Shown: piece after piece, positions 1 to 11,167 of the stretch | How positions within the stretch are numbered: position 1 is the first letter of the stretch | How the letters are laid out: each line of letters starts with the position of its first letter | NCBI RefSeq assembly: GCF_009914755.1 | Contig: NC_060937.1 | From: the human T2T-CHM13v2.0 reference genome, Homo sapiens | Strand: one strand, 5' to 3' | Length of the DNA: 64,000 nt | Program-made: the position numbers and the translations under genes | Notes under the pieces: generated by a model | The model's input: the letters and a program-made list of their open reading frames with translations, nothing else | What the model was told of the DNA's origin: nothing | Databases searched by the model: none

Positions 1-174
1 TATCTGTTAGATAACTGAATGAGTGGAGTAATTTTTAGTAGGAACTATTTATCTCCTTAGCTGGTATCCAAATAAAACTAAATAAAAAGTTCTTAAAAAC
101 CAATATTTTATTCTCTAAATATTATTTATACTATGAAGGGCATGCCAGATCTACTTCTGTGTGCTAGTGATGAG

Positions 175-772
175 TATGAACACAAAATATCTGAGACAGG
201 TCTCAGTCAATTTAGAAAGTTTGTTTTGCCAAGGTTAAAGACATGCTCATGACACAGCCTCAGGAGGTCCTGACCACACGTGCCCAAGGTGGTCGGGGTA
301 CAGCTTGCTTTTATACATTTTAGGGAGACATAATACATCAATCAATACATGTAAGATTTACATTAGTTTGATCTGGAAAAGCAGAAAAACTTGAAGCAGG
401 TTGGGGCACTTAGCTTCCAGGTTATAGGTAGATTTAAACATATTCCCATTGGAAATTGTTTGAAAGAATGATTATCAGTAGAAAGGAATGACTGAGTTAA
501 GATAAGGGGTTGTGAAGACCAAGGTTTTATCATGCAGATGAAGCCTCCAGGTGGCAAGGTTCAGAGAAAATAGATTGTAAATATTTCTTATCAGACTTAA
601 GGTCTTTGTTGATCTTAATGCTGGAGGGATATAATGAGGCATGTTTGACCCCCACTTCCCATTATGGCCTGAACCAGTCTTTCAGATTAAATGTTAGGAA
701 TTGCTGGCCAAGGAGGGAGTCTATTCAGATGATTGCAGTGGGGGGTACTTCAAATTTTATTTTTGATTTACA
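175..772 (-). mobile_element. MER4-group ERV1 solo LTR
   Basis: Minus strand begins TGTAAATCAAAAATAAAATT (MER4-type start); contains the typical 'ctgagacaggtctcagtcaatttagaaagttt...gacacagcctcaggaggtcctgac' block. Confidence 0.8.
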
Positions 773-827
773 TTGTATACCCATCATTTTAAAAAATTTC
801 TTTTAATTTCCTTCACTATCCCTACTA

Positions 828-937
828 TTATGATTAAATTTTTTGATCAACTTGGTTAGGCTATAGTACCTACTTTATGGTCAAACAACCACCTAGATGT
901 TCTGTGAAGATCTTTTTTAGATGTGCTTAACATTTAT
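828..937 (+). mobile_element. MLT2 (ERVL) LTR, 5' part
   Basis: 'caacttggttaggctatagtacc...ggtcaaac...ctagatgttctgtgaag...agatgtgcttaacattta' matches the MLT2 start; resumes at ~6991. Confidence 0.75.
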
Positions 938-949
938 ACATCCATCTGT

Positions 950-1072
950 CTATTTTAATGGGTTTAAATGTATGGGGTATAAGTGTAATTTTGTTACATG
1001 CATAGATTCTGCAATGGCAAAATCAGAACTTTTAGAGTATACATCACCCAAAAAACATACACACATTAAACC
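950..1072 (-). mobile_element. L1 (L1PB/L1MA-like) 3' end fragment; resumes at 6945-6990 after the provirus
   Basis: 'ggggtataagtgtaattttgttacatgcatagat...catcaccca' reads through the TSD into 'tattaagtaatctctcatt', an antisense L1 3' UTR. Confidence 0.65.
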
Positions 1073-1526
1073 TTTCATGCGCGTCCGTGTGAAGAGACCA
1101 CCAAACAGGCTTTGTGTGAGCAACATGGCTGTTTATTTCACCTGGGCGCAGGCGGGCTGAGTCCAAAAAGAGAGTCAGTGAAGGGAGATAAGGATGGGGC
1201 CGTTTTATAGGATTTGGGTAGGTAAAGGAAAATTACAGTCAAAGGGGGTTTGTTCTCTGGCGGGCAGGAGTGGGGGGTTGCAAGGTGCTCAGTGGGGGTG
1301 CTTTTTGAGCCAGGATGAGCCAGGAAAAGGACTTTCACAAGGTAATATCATCACTTAAGGCAAGGACCAGCCATTTACACTTCTTTTGTGGTGGAATGTC
1401 ATCAGTTAAGGTGGGGCAGGGCATTTTCACTTCTTTTGTGATTCTTCAGTTACTTCAGGCCATCTGGGCATATACGTGCAAGTCACAGGGGATGCGATGG
1501 CTTGGCTTGGGCTCAGAGGCCTGACA
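1073..1526 (-). mobile_element. LTR7, 3' LTR of HERV-H
   Basis: Minus strand TGTCAGGCCTCTGAGCCCAAG...CACACGGACGCGCATGAAA; AATAAA at 1132-1137 (minus). Confidence 0.97.
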
Positions 1527-1539
1527 TTCCTGCCTTCTT
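1527..1539 (-). other. Polypurine tract of HERV-H
   Basis: AAGAAGGCAGGAA on minus strand immediately before the 3' LTR. Confidence 0.85.
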
Positions 1540-3496
1540 ATATTAATAAGAAAAATAAAACAAAATAGTGTTGAAGTGTTGGGACAGCGAAAATTTTTGG
1601 GGGGTGGTATCTAGAGAGAATGGGCGATGTTTCTCAGGGCTGCTTCAAGTGGGATTAGGGTCGGCGTGGGAACCTAGAGTGGGAGAGATTAAGCTGAAGG
1701 GAGGTCTTGTGGTAAGGGGTGATATTGTGGGGATGTTAGAAGAAACATTTGTCATATAGAATGATTGGTGATGGCCTAGATATGGTTTTGGATGAATTGA
1801 GAAACTAAATGGAATAACAGAAGGAGAAAAACAGGTATAAAAGGTCTAAGAATTGGGACGACTCAGGATATCTGATTAGAGAGTGCCTAAGGAGATTCAG
1901 CATAGTCCTGCCAGCAAAGATTATTTATTTACTTCAAGAGTTAATAGTGACAGTTTGGGGATAGCACCAGGAGATATCAGCTGTGATGGCTTGGAAAAAC
2001 AGTGTAAACCGGCAGTGTAAACAAGAGCAAGGCATGTATGAGTAGTTGAGAACGGTGAATAGGAGGATGACTAGACAGAAAATAGTAGGGATGACAAGTT
2101 TTTTTTTTTTTTTTTTGGTGGGGCACAGTCTAAGTTGGTCTGGTGTCTGGAATGAGACTGGGGCCTAATAAAAAGGAGCGTCTATACAGGAGCTTAAATG
2201 GGCTGTACCCTGTAGCATTCCGAGGACAGGCCTGAATTCTGAGAAGGGAAAGTGGTAAAAGTATTGTCCAGTCCTTTTTAAGTTGGTGGCTGAGCTTGGT
2301 GAGGAGTGTTTTTAAAAGACCTTTAGTCCATTCTACTTTTCTTGAAGATGGAGGACCATAAGGGATATAAAGGTTTCACTGAATACTCAGAGCCTGAAAA
2401 ACTGCTTGGCTGATTTGACTAATAAAGGCTGATCTGTTATCAGACTGTATTGAGGTGGGAAGGCTAAACTGAGGAATTATGTCTGACAGAATGGAAGAAA
2501 TGACTGTGGTGGCCTTCTCAAACCCTGTAGGAAAGGCCTCTACCTATCCAGTGAAAGTATCTACCTAGACTAAGAGGTATTTTAGTTATCGGTCTCAGGG
2601 CATGTTGAGTAAAGCTAATTTGCCAGTCCTGGGTGGGGCAAATCCTGGAGCTTGATGTGTAGGGAAGGGAGGGGGCCTGAATAATCCCTGAGGAGTAGTA
2701 GAATAGCAGATGGAACACTGAGAAGTTATTTCCTTGAGGATAGATTTCAACGATGGAAAGGAAATGAGAGGTTCTAAGAGGCGGGCTAGTGGCTTGTACT
2801 ATAGCATAACCTGCCTTTGCTGGTGTGTGGTGATTAGGCCTGGTGGAACCCCCATCAATAAATAAGCGTGATCAGGGTGAGCAACAGGAAAGAAGAAAAT
2901 TTGGGGAAATGGGGTGAATGTCAGGTGGATCAGAGAGATACAGTCATGGGGTTCAGGTGTGGTATCAGGAATAATGTGGGAGGCCGGATTGAAGTCTGGG
3001 CCAGGAACAATGGTAATTGTGGGAGACTCAACAAAGAGTGAGTACAGCTGAAGGAGCCGGGAAGCAGAAAGTATATGCGTCAGGTATGAGGAAGAAAATA
3101 GATTTTGGAAGTTATGAGAACTGTAGAGAGTGAGTTGAGCATAGTTTGTGATTTTGAGGGCCTCTAAAAGTATTAATGCAGTGGCAGCCACTGCACGCAG
3201 ACATGAGGGCTAGGCTAAAACAGTAAGGTCAAGTTGTTTGGACAGAAAGGCTACAGGGTGTGGTCCTGGCTCTTGTGTAAGAATTCTGACTGCGCTAACC
3301 ATGCCTAGGAAGGAAAGGAGTTGTTGTTTTGTAGAAGGTGCTGGGGTTTGAGAGATCAGTGGGACACGATTGGCAGCACGTGTGGCAGCACGTGTGTTTT
3401 TATGAGAATTATGCTGAGATAGGTAACAGATGAGGAAGAAATTTGGGCTTGAATGAAGTAATGGGGGCTGTCTGTGAAGCTTTGCGGCAGTACAGC

Positions 3497-3928
3497 CTAG
3501 GTAATTTGCTGAGCGTGATGGGTGTCAGGGTCAGTCCAAGTGAAAGCAAAGAGAGGATGGGACGAGGGGTGCAGGGGAATAGTGAAAAAAGCATCTTTAA
3601 GATCAAGCAGGGAATAGTGAGTTGTGGAGGAAGGTATTGAGGACAAAAGAGTGTATGGGTTGGGCACCACAGGGTGGATAGGCAAAACAATTTGGTTGAT
3701 AAGGCGCAGATCCTGAACTAAGTTGTAAGGCTTGTCTGGTTTTAGGACAGGTAAAATGGGGAAATTGTAAGGAGAGTTTATAGGCTTTAAAAGGCCATGC
3801 TGTAGCAGGCGAGTGATAACAGGCTTTAATCTTTTTAAAGCGTGCTGTGGGATGGGATATTGGCATTGAGTGGGGTAAGTGTGATTAGGTTTTAATGAGA
3901 TGGTAAGAGGTGCATGATCGGTAGCCAA
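3497..3928 (-). pseudogene. pol: HERV-H pol remnant (N-terminal reverse transcriptase), truncated
   Basis: Translation has RT motifs SPYNFPILPVLKPD, LVQDLRLIN, LLDLKDAFFTIPLHP and FAFTW; stops before any YxDD. Confidence 0.9.
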
Positions 3929-4298
3929 GGAGGGAATAGAGGTATATTATACTTGTGGGTTAAGGTCGGGGGATACAAGAGGAGGATGCAAAGGAGGCTT
4001 TGGATTGGGAAGAAGGGCGGCAATGAGATACAGCTGTAGTCCAGGAATAGTCAGGGAAGCAGATAATTTAGTTAAAGTGTCTCAGCCTAATCAGGGAACT
4101 GGGCAGGTGGGGATAACTAAAAAGGAGTGCTTCAAAGAGTATTGTCTAAGTTGGCACCAGAGTTGGGGAGTTTTAAGAGGTTTAGAAGCCTGGCCGTCAA
4201 TACCCACAACAGTTATGGAGGCAAGGGAAACAGCCCTTGAAAAGAAGGTAATGTGGAGTGGGTAGCCTCTGTATTGATGAAGAAGGGGACGGGCTTAC

Positions 4299-4400
4299 CT
4301 TCCACTGTGAGAGTTACCCGAAGCTCAGCATCCGTGGTGGTCTAGGGGGCTTCCGAGGCGATCCGGCAGTGTCAGTCTTCAGCCGCTAAGCCAAGAAGAT
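4299..4400 (-). other. HERV-H internal ~102-nt exon (gag-pro region) with intact acceptor and donor
   Basis: Minus strand: ctccttcgcAG|ATCTTC at 4401/4400 and GGAAG|GTAAGC at 4299/4298, positions used by spliced HERV-H RNAs. Confidence 0.65.
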
Positions 4401-4485
4401 CTGCGAAGGAGTCAGTCAGAGAGGCTTGGGCCAGAGTTCCAGGGGCTCTGGGAGTGGCTGCCAGGTGAGTTGAACAGTCCGATTT

Positions 4486-4722
4486 TCAGTGGGGTCCCAC
4501 ACAGATGGGACACGGCTTAGGAGGAATCCCGGGCTGTGGGCATTCCTTGGCCCAGTGGCCAGATTTCTGGCATGTGTAGCAAGCTCCTATGGGAGGAGGT
4601 TCTGGAGGAATGCCTGGCTGCTGCGGTTCAGGCGTTTGGAAGTTCTTGTGTGCTGGAGATGTGGCTGGGGTTTTTCTCACAGTGGAGGCAAGGAATTGCA
4701 ACTTTTTTCTATTATTGTACAC
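4486..4722 (-). pseudogene. gag: HERV-H gag remnant (nucleocapsid zinc knuckle)
   Basis: [14 protein letters not shown] (CX2CX4HX4C) followed by a second knuckle CPICVGPH cut by a stop. Confidence 0.9.
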
Positions 4723-5699
4723 CTTGAAGGCGAGGTTAATTAAATCCTGTTGTGGGGTTTGAGGGCTGGAATTTAATTTTTGGAGTTTTATTTAATGTCG
4801 GGAGCAGATTGGGTAATAAAATGTATTTTGAGAATAAGACGGCCTTTTGACCTTTTAGGGTCTAGGGCTGTAAAGTGTCTCAGGGTTGCTGCCAAACAAG
4901 TCATGAACTGGGCTGGATTTTTATATTTGATGAAAAAGAGCCTAAACACTATCTGATTTGGGATAAAGAAAAAGGAGCATTAACCTTGACTATGCCTTTG
5001 GCTCTAGCCACCTTTTTAAGAGTAAATTGCTGGGCAGGAGGGGGAGGGCTAGTCAGGGAACGAAGCTGTAAGCAGGACCAGGTGTGAGGAGGGGAGGTGA
5101 TAAAAAGATTATAGGGTGGAGGAGCAGAGGCTGAGGAAGAATTGGGACCTAGCTCGGCCTGGCAAGGAGCAGCCTGGGGAGGAAGGGAGAGGTCAGATGG
5201 GTCTGTAGAAAAGGAAGATTAGAAAGACTCAGCGACGCTTGGGGTTGGTACTGAGGGGACAGGTGGGAGGGAAAGAAGGAAGATTTGGGACGAGTTGCAC
5301 TGGGCACAGAGACTAGGAAGGGACTGATGTGTAAAAGAATGCCTGGATGTCAGGCACCTCAGACCATTTACCTATTTTACGACAAGAATTATTTAGATCT
5401 TGCAGGATGGAAAAATTCAAAGTGCCATTTTCTGGCTATTTGGAACTACTGTCGAGTTTGTATTGGGGTCAAGCGGCATTGCAGAAGAAAATAAGGCATT
5501 TAGGTTTTAGGTGAGGTGTGAGTTGAAGAGGTTTTAAGTTTTTGAGAACACAGGCCAAGGGAGTAGAAGGAGGAATGGAGGGTGGAAGGTTGCCTATAGT
5601 GAAGGAAGCAAGCCTAGAGAAGAGAGAGAGTAGAGAAACGGAGGGAAGGGGTTCGGGGGTTCTTACCTTCCAGAAAAGTAGGAAAAGGGGTTGGGGTGT

Positions 5700-5887
5700 G
5701 GAAATAAGGGATTGGGGTGCAGAGATATAAGAGGTTGGAGCGTGGAAATAAGGGATTGGGGCACAGAGATAAGAGGTCGGGGTGCGGAAATAAGGGATTG
5801 GGGCACAGAGATAAGAGGTCGGGGTGCGGAAATAAGGGATTGGGGCACAGAGATAAGAGGTTGGGGCATGGAAATAAGGGATTGGGG
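5700..5887. repeat. 42-bp tandem repeat (~4.5 copies) in the HERV-H leader
   Basis: Unit ggaaataagggattggggcacagagataagaggtcggggtgc; translates as the 14-aa repeat PTSYLCAPIPYFRT on minus. Confidence 0.9.
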
Positions 5888-6344
5888 GTTCTTGCCCCAT
5901 AGAAAAGCAGGACTTACCACTAAGGGTGAAGGAGAAGGGGTTGAGGGGTATTTGCCCCTCTCCTAGAAAAGCAGAGAAGGGGTAGAGACAAGGAGATAAG
6001 GGGTTGAGGGTTACTTGTCCCTTCCTCAGAAAAGCGGGACTTGCCGCTAAGGGTGAAGGACCAAGGCAGGCGTCCCTGCGTGGTCTGACACCCTTGAAAC
6101 ATGAGTGTATAATCAGAGAGGCGTCCCTGCAATGATTAAACACCGAGGGAAGGCTGCCTTCCCAGTCCGTGACCGGCACCGGAGTTTTGGGTCCACGGAT
6201 AAAATGTGTCTCGTTTGTCTCTACCAGAAAATGAAAGGAATTGAAATTAAGAGAAGGGAGAGATTGAAGTGTGGCGCCAAGATTGAAAGGAGAAAGAGGT
6301 TGAGGGATAGTGAGGGACGTTGGAGAAAAGAGTAAAATGAGGCC

Positions 6345-6353
6345 GCTTACCAG
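6345..6353 (-). other. HERV-H major splice donor
   Basis: AAATCTG|GTAAGC on minus, ~145 nt downstream of the 5' LTR. Confidence 0.75.
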
Positions 6354-6476
6354 ATTTGAAATTGGTGAGATGTTTCTTGGGCTGGTCGGTCTGAGGACCT
6401 GAGGTAGTAGGTGGATCTTTCTCACAGAGCAAAGAACAGGAGGACAGGGGATTGATCTGGGAAGGGAGGTCCCCAG

Positions 6477-6494
6477 ATCTGAGTCATGGCACCA
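6477..6494 (-). other. Primer binding site, tRNA-His
   Basis: TGGTGCCATGACTCAGAT versus canonical TGGTGCCGTGACTCGGAT (two CpG transitions). Confidence 0.92.
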
Positions 6495-6496
6495 AA

Positions 6497-6944
6497 TTTC
6501 ATGCGTGTCCATGTGAAGAGACCACCAAACCGGCTTTGTGTGAGCAACATGGCTGTTTATTTCACCTGGGTGCAGGTGGGCTGAGTCCAGAAAGAGAGTC
6601 AGTGAAGGGAGATAAGGATGGGGCCGTTTTATAGGATTTAGGTAGGTAAAGGAAAATTACAGTCAAGGGGGTTCTCTGGCGGGCAGGAGTGGGGGTCACA
6701 AGGTGCTCAGTGGGGGTGCTTTTTGAGCCAGGATGAGCCAGGAAAAGGACTTTCACAAGGTAATGTCATCACTTAAGGCAAGGATCAGCCATTTACACTT
6801 CTTTTGTGGTGGAATGTCATCAGTTAAGGTGGGGCAGGGCATATTCACTTCTTTTGTGATTCTTCAGTTACTTCAGGCCATCTGGGTATATACGTGCAAG
6901 TCACAGGGGATGCAATGGCTTGGCTTGGGCTCAGAGGCCTGACA
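6497..6944 (-). promoter_or_regulatory. LTR7, 5' LTR/promoter of HERV-H (LTR7up-like)
   Basis: TATAAAA at 6627-6633 (minus), two ACAAAAGA SOX-type motifs in U3, directly upstream of the PBS. Confidence 0.93.
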
Positions 6945-6990
6945 AAACCTATTAAGTAATCTCTCATTATTCACTCTTTTTCTACCCCCT

Positions 6991-7341
6991 TAAATCAGTA
7001 AACCTTTGAATAAAGCAGATTAACCTTCATAATGTGGGGGAACCTCATGCAATTATCTGATGAACTCAAGACAAAAGACTGAGGTCCCTTGAAGGGGAAA
7101 GGATTCTGGCTTCTGACTATGTCTGCACTGAAAATTGCAGTATTAACTACTGCTGGAATTTCCAGCCTGCTGGCCAATTCTGCAGATTCCAGACTTGCCA
7201 GCTTCCAAAATCAAGTAAGCCAATTTCCTGAAAATAAATGTCTTTCTCTATCTCCCTCTCCCACCCTTTCTCTTGTACTTCCTCTCCACTCGTCTATCAC
7301 TCTCCTATTGGTTGTTTTTTCTGAGGAATCCTGACTAATGT
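6991..7341 (+). mobile_element. MLT2 LTR, 3' part
   Basis: 'aaagcagattaaccttcataatgtggg...cagacttgccagc...aaaataaatgtctttctct...cctgactaat'. Confidence 0.8.
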
Positions 7342-7589
7342 GCCTTAAGTAAATTTTTGGCAGTAAGCTCCCTCATGTAGTAAGGATGAGCATTTTGATA
7401 TGTTTTGTCTTTGTTCTTTTATTTTTTAATAAAAATCTTTTTAGATAATAATCTTACTTTTTAAGATAATCTAACTCTGACAGGGCTTGGTGATACGGTA
7501 GGACAAATGTATTTTTGCTTATGACAACTTTTCACAACCCTTGTAGCCCAAATTAGCAGGATAGGAAATAATAACCATGAAGAAACTGG

Positions 7590-7820
7590 TGATATGGACA
7601 GGAGGCAGAGGAATACTAGATAGAAAAGGCAGGGTGTTTGGCAAGGGTTTTACCTTCAAGCCTGGACCCACGGCCCTAAATGAGAACTTCACATCCCCAT
7701 TTTCCCACCCAAATGTCGCCTTTTGGCCTGCCATACACCTTTTCCTGTGCCCATAAAAACCCCAAGCTCCACTGGCAGAGTGGTGCAGCAGAGAAGGAGA
7801 GAAGAGGTGTCTGAATGGCC
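7590..7820 (+). mobile_element. LTR1/LTR27-like ERV1 LTR, 5' fragment
   Basis: Starts TGATATGGACAGGAGGCAGAGGAATACT; contains 'tcaagcctggacccacggccctaaatgagaac'. Confidence 0.65.
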
Positions 7821-8536
7821 ATTGGTTGAATTAAGCTTTGTGTAAAGACTTGAAGTCGGTACAAAGGAATCCTTGAGTCAAGCTGAGGGAGTTGTAGAGG
7901 TCAAGGCCCTTGTTTCGTAGACGAAGCCTCATAGATAGCCGCCTTCAGAGAGAATAGATGGTAAATATCTCTTTCCAAACCTTAAAGGTATCTGACTCTC
8001 TATTAATCTCTCCTAGATTTGGGCAAAGGCTAGGAAGAAAGGCCTGGATGCATTAGTGAAGATTTTCTACAGACAGAAATTTCCCCCACAAAAAACATTA
8101 GTTTTGCAGGGCTATTTCAAAATATGTCAAATAAATATATTTTGGGGGTAAAATACTTTGATTTCCTTCAAGGTCTGCCATCTGTTATGTGATGCTATAC
8201 CAGCGTCAAGTTGGAAACTCAGCCACATTATACTGGGATAATTTTAGAAATGATTTAGTGAGATTATATGGTTTGTAGGTTATGACTTAACCCCTATCTT
8301 GCATGGTCTTAGGTCTTGTTTATAATCTGGTGTCTTATTGCACAATAAGTCTGTCCTATAAGACTTATGATCTGTTTTAACCTAAACTCCAAAAGTGAGG
8401 GGATATAATGAGACATGTCCAACCTCCCTTCTGAAATGGCCAGGGATTCAGTTTTTCAGGTTTCTTTGGGGTCTCCTTGGCCAAAAAGGGTCCATTTAAT
8501 CAGTTGGGGAGTCTAGAATTTTATTTTTGTTTTACA
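7821..8536 (-). mobile_element. MER4-group ERV1 LTR, truncated
   Basis: Ends 'tagaattttatttttgttttaca'; shares the 'gaagcctc...ttcagagagaatagatggtaaat' block with the 175-772 LTR. Confidence 0.75.
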
Positions 8537-8549
8537 AATGATACCCACC

Positions 8550-9062
8550 ATGAACAGAGCAGTGTCTCCCAATGATGTCTCTGTCTTAATCCCAGTAACC
8601 TGTGACTAGGCTAATTATACAAATAGTATTAAGGTTGAAGATGAAATTGAGGTTGTTAGTTAGCTGACCTTAAAAGAGGGTGATCATCCTGAATTTTCTA
8701 TGTGGTCCCAATGTCAGTCATCACAAGTGCTCTTGAAACTATTAGAATGGGGCAGAAAAGCAGATCAGAGTGATAGGATATGAGAAGGAGTCAATCTACC
8801 ATTGTTGGCTTTTTAAATTCAGGAAATGGGCCACAAACCAAGGAATACAGATGCTTCCAGCAGCTGGAAAAGGCAAACAAACAACCAACTCAGATTCTCC
8901 CTAGCATCTATAGAAAGAAGTACAGCCCTGCCAACACATTACCTTTAGTCCAATGAGAACTTCATCAGACTTCTGACCTATGGAAATATAAGAATAAATT
9001 TGTGTTTTTCAGTCCATCAAGTTTGTGGTAATTTGCTACAGAAGCAAGAAAAAATTATTACA
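8550..9062 (+). mobile_element. MLT1 (MLT1D-like) MaLR LTR
   Basis: 'taatcccagtaacctgtga...gctggaaaaggcaa...gattctccctag...aataaatttgtgtttt...gtttgtggtaatttgctaca'. Confidence 0.8.
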
Positions 9063-9602
9063 ATAATGATGATAAAATAATGACTACAATAAAATTAATC
9101 TTAGCAATAATTTTTGTCTATATAATATATGCCAAAAATAATATTATTTGAGGAGGAACATTACTTTGAAGACAGTTTTATTTTCATACTATTCATTAAG
9201 CTTTACAATAAAAATGGCATTTCTCCTTTCAGGGATAAGATTAAGTTGCTATGTGTGACAATTGATAATTTTTTTATTTGCTTTTTGCTACTTCTTTTAT
9301 TCAAACAATATCTTACTGGTCATAATAATGTCTACAATTTACTAAGCAGCTGAAATATTACAGATGTTGTGCAAGGCAATTATTTCCTATAATAGTTTTC
9401 CCTGATATATCAGATTAAAGATAGAGATTATATCTTGACTCACCATAACCTAATACACATTATTTCATTATATCTACTTCCATCTGTAGGCTTTATACTT
9501 CCAGTTCTCTCTAACACCCTCCACCTTAAAATTACTTTTGGAGATTTCTCTCTCTGTCTCTTCTCTCTGTCTCCATTCATCATTCCAACTATTATTTTGC
9601 TG

Positions 9603-9770
9603 TTATTTCATTCATTGATTCCACAAATATTTTGAGGGTTTTATTATGTACAAGTTGTATTGTATTCCAACTGTTGAATACAGAGCAGTATACAAAGAAA
9701 GTGATATCTCTACTTCCATGAGGTTAGTATTCCAGTAAGAGAAACATGTAATAAACAATAGACAAGTGAT
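9603..9770 (-). mobile_element. L2 3' fragment
   Basis: 'ttcattcattgattccacaaatattttgag' L2 tail signature. Confidence 0.5.
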
Positions 9771-10152
9771 TGTGGTTACTTTGGATTGCAATAATTACTA
9801 CTTTTTTTGTAATATGTAGTGAATAAGAATGAACTGTGTGTAGTTTGGGGAGATGAGCATATAAAATTTTTAAAAGGATATGCTTTTGAAGTAAAATATA
9901 GTGTTTTTTCCTTAAGACTTTGGGTCTAATTGATCTCAGTAAATATTGTGGTTTTCAGAGTTAAGGTGTTTCTCTAGTTATTCTCATAAAGAGATCCAAG
10001 AATTGCATGGTCCCCACCTGTTTCAAAGTATCAAAAATGTGATTATATCAGGACTTACTACTTGTTTTTAGTATTCAAATCTATTCATCCTTTGATCTTA
10101 AGCATATATGGGTAGTCAATGCAATCATTGTCATTCCTGTTTTAAATCATTC

Positions 10153-11167
<1,015 letters not shown>

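Larger units (their letters stand above)
1073..6944 (-). mobile_element. HERV-H provirus, two LTRs, internally deleted/env-less (~5.87 kb)
   Basis: Paired LTR7 copies, AAACC TSD at 1068-1072 and 6945-6949, tRNA-His PBS, PPT, gag CCHC knuckle and RT remnants. Confidence 0.97.

Noticed and set aside
1138-1524. Near-identical ORF pairs at 1138/6562 and 1315/6733 as duplicated genes
   Set aside because: They are just the two LTR copies
2099-2116. T18 run inside HERV-H as a retro-insertion tail
   Set aside because: No attached element or TSD; simple homopolymer slippage
1540-3930. Functional pol or env
   Set aside because: Fragmented by stops and deletions; no YxDD-containing frame and no long env ORF
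5700-5887. Regular repeats as a CRISPR-like array
   Set aside because: Head-to-tail units with no unique spacers, inside a primate ERV
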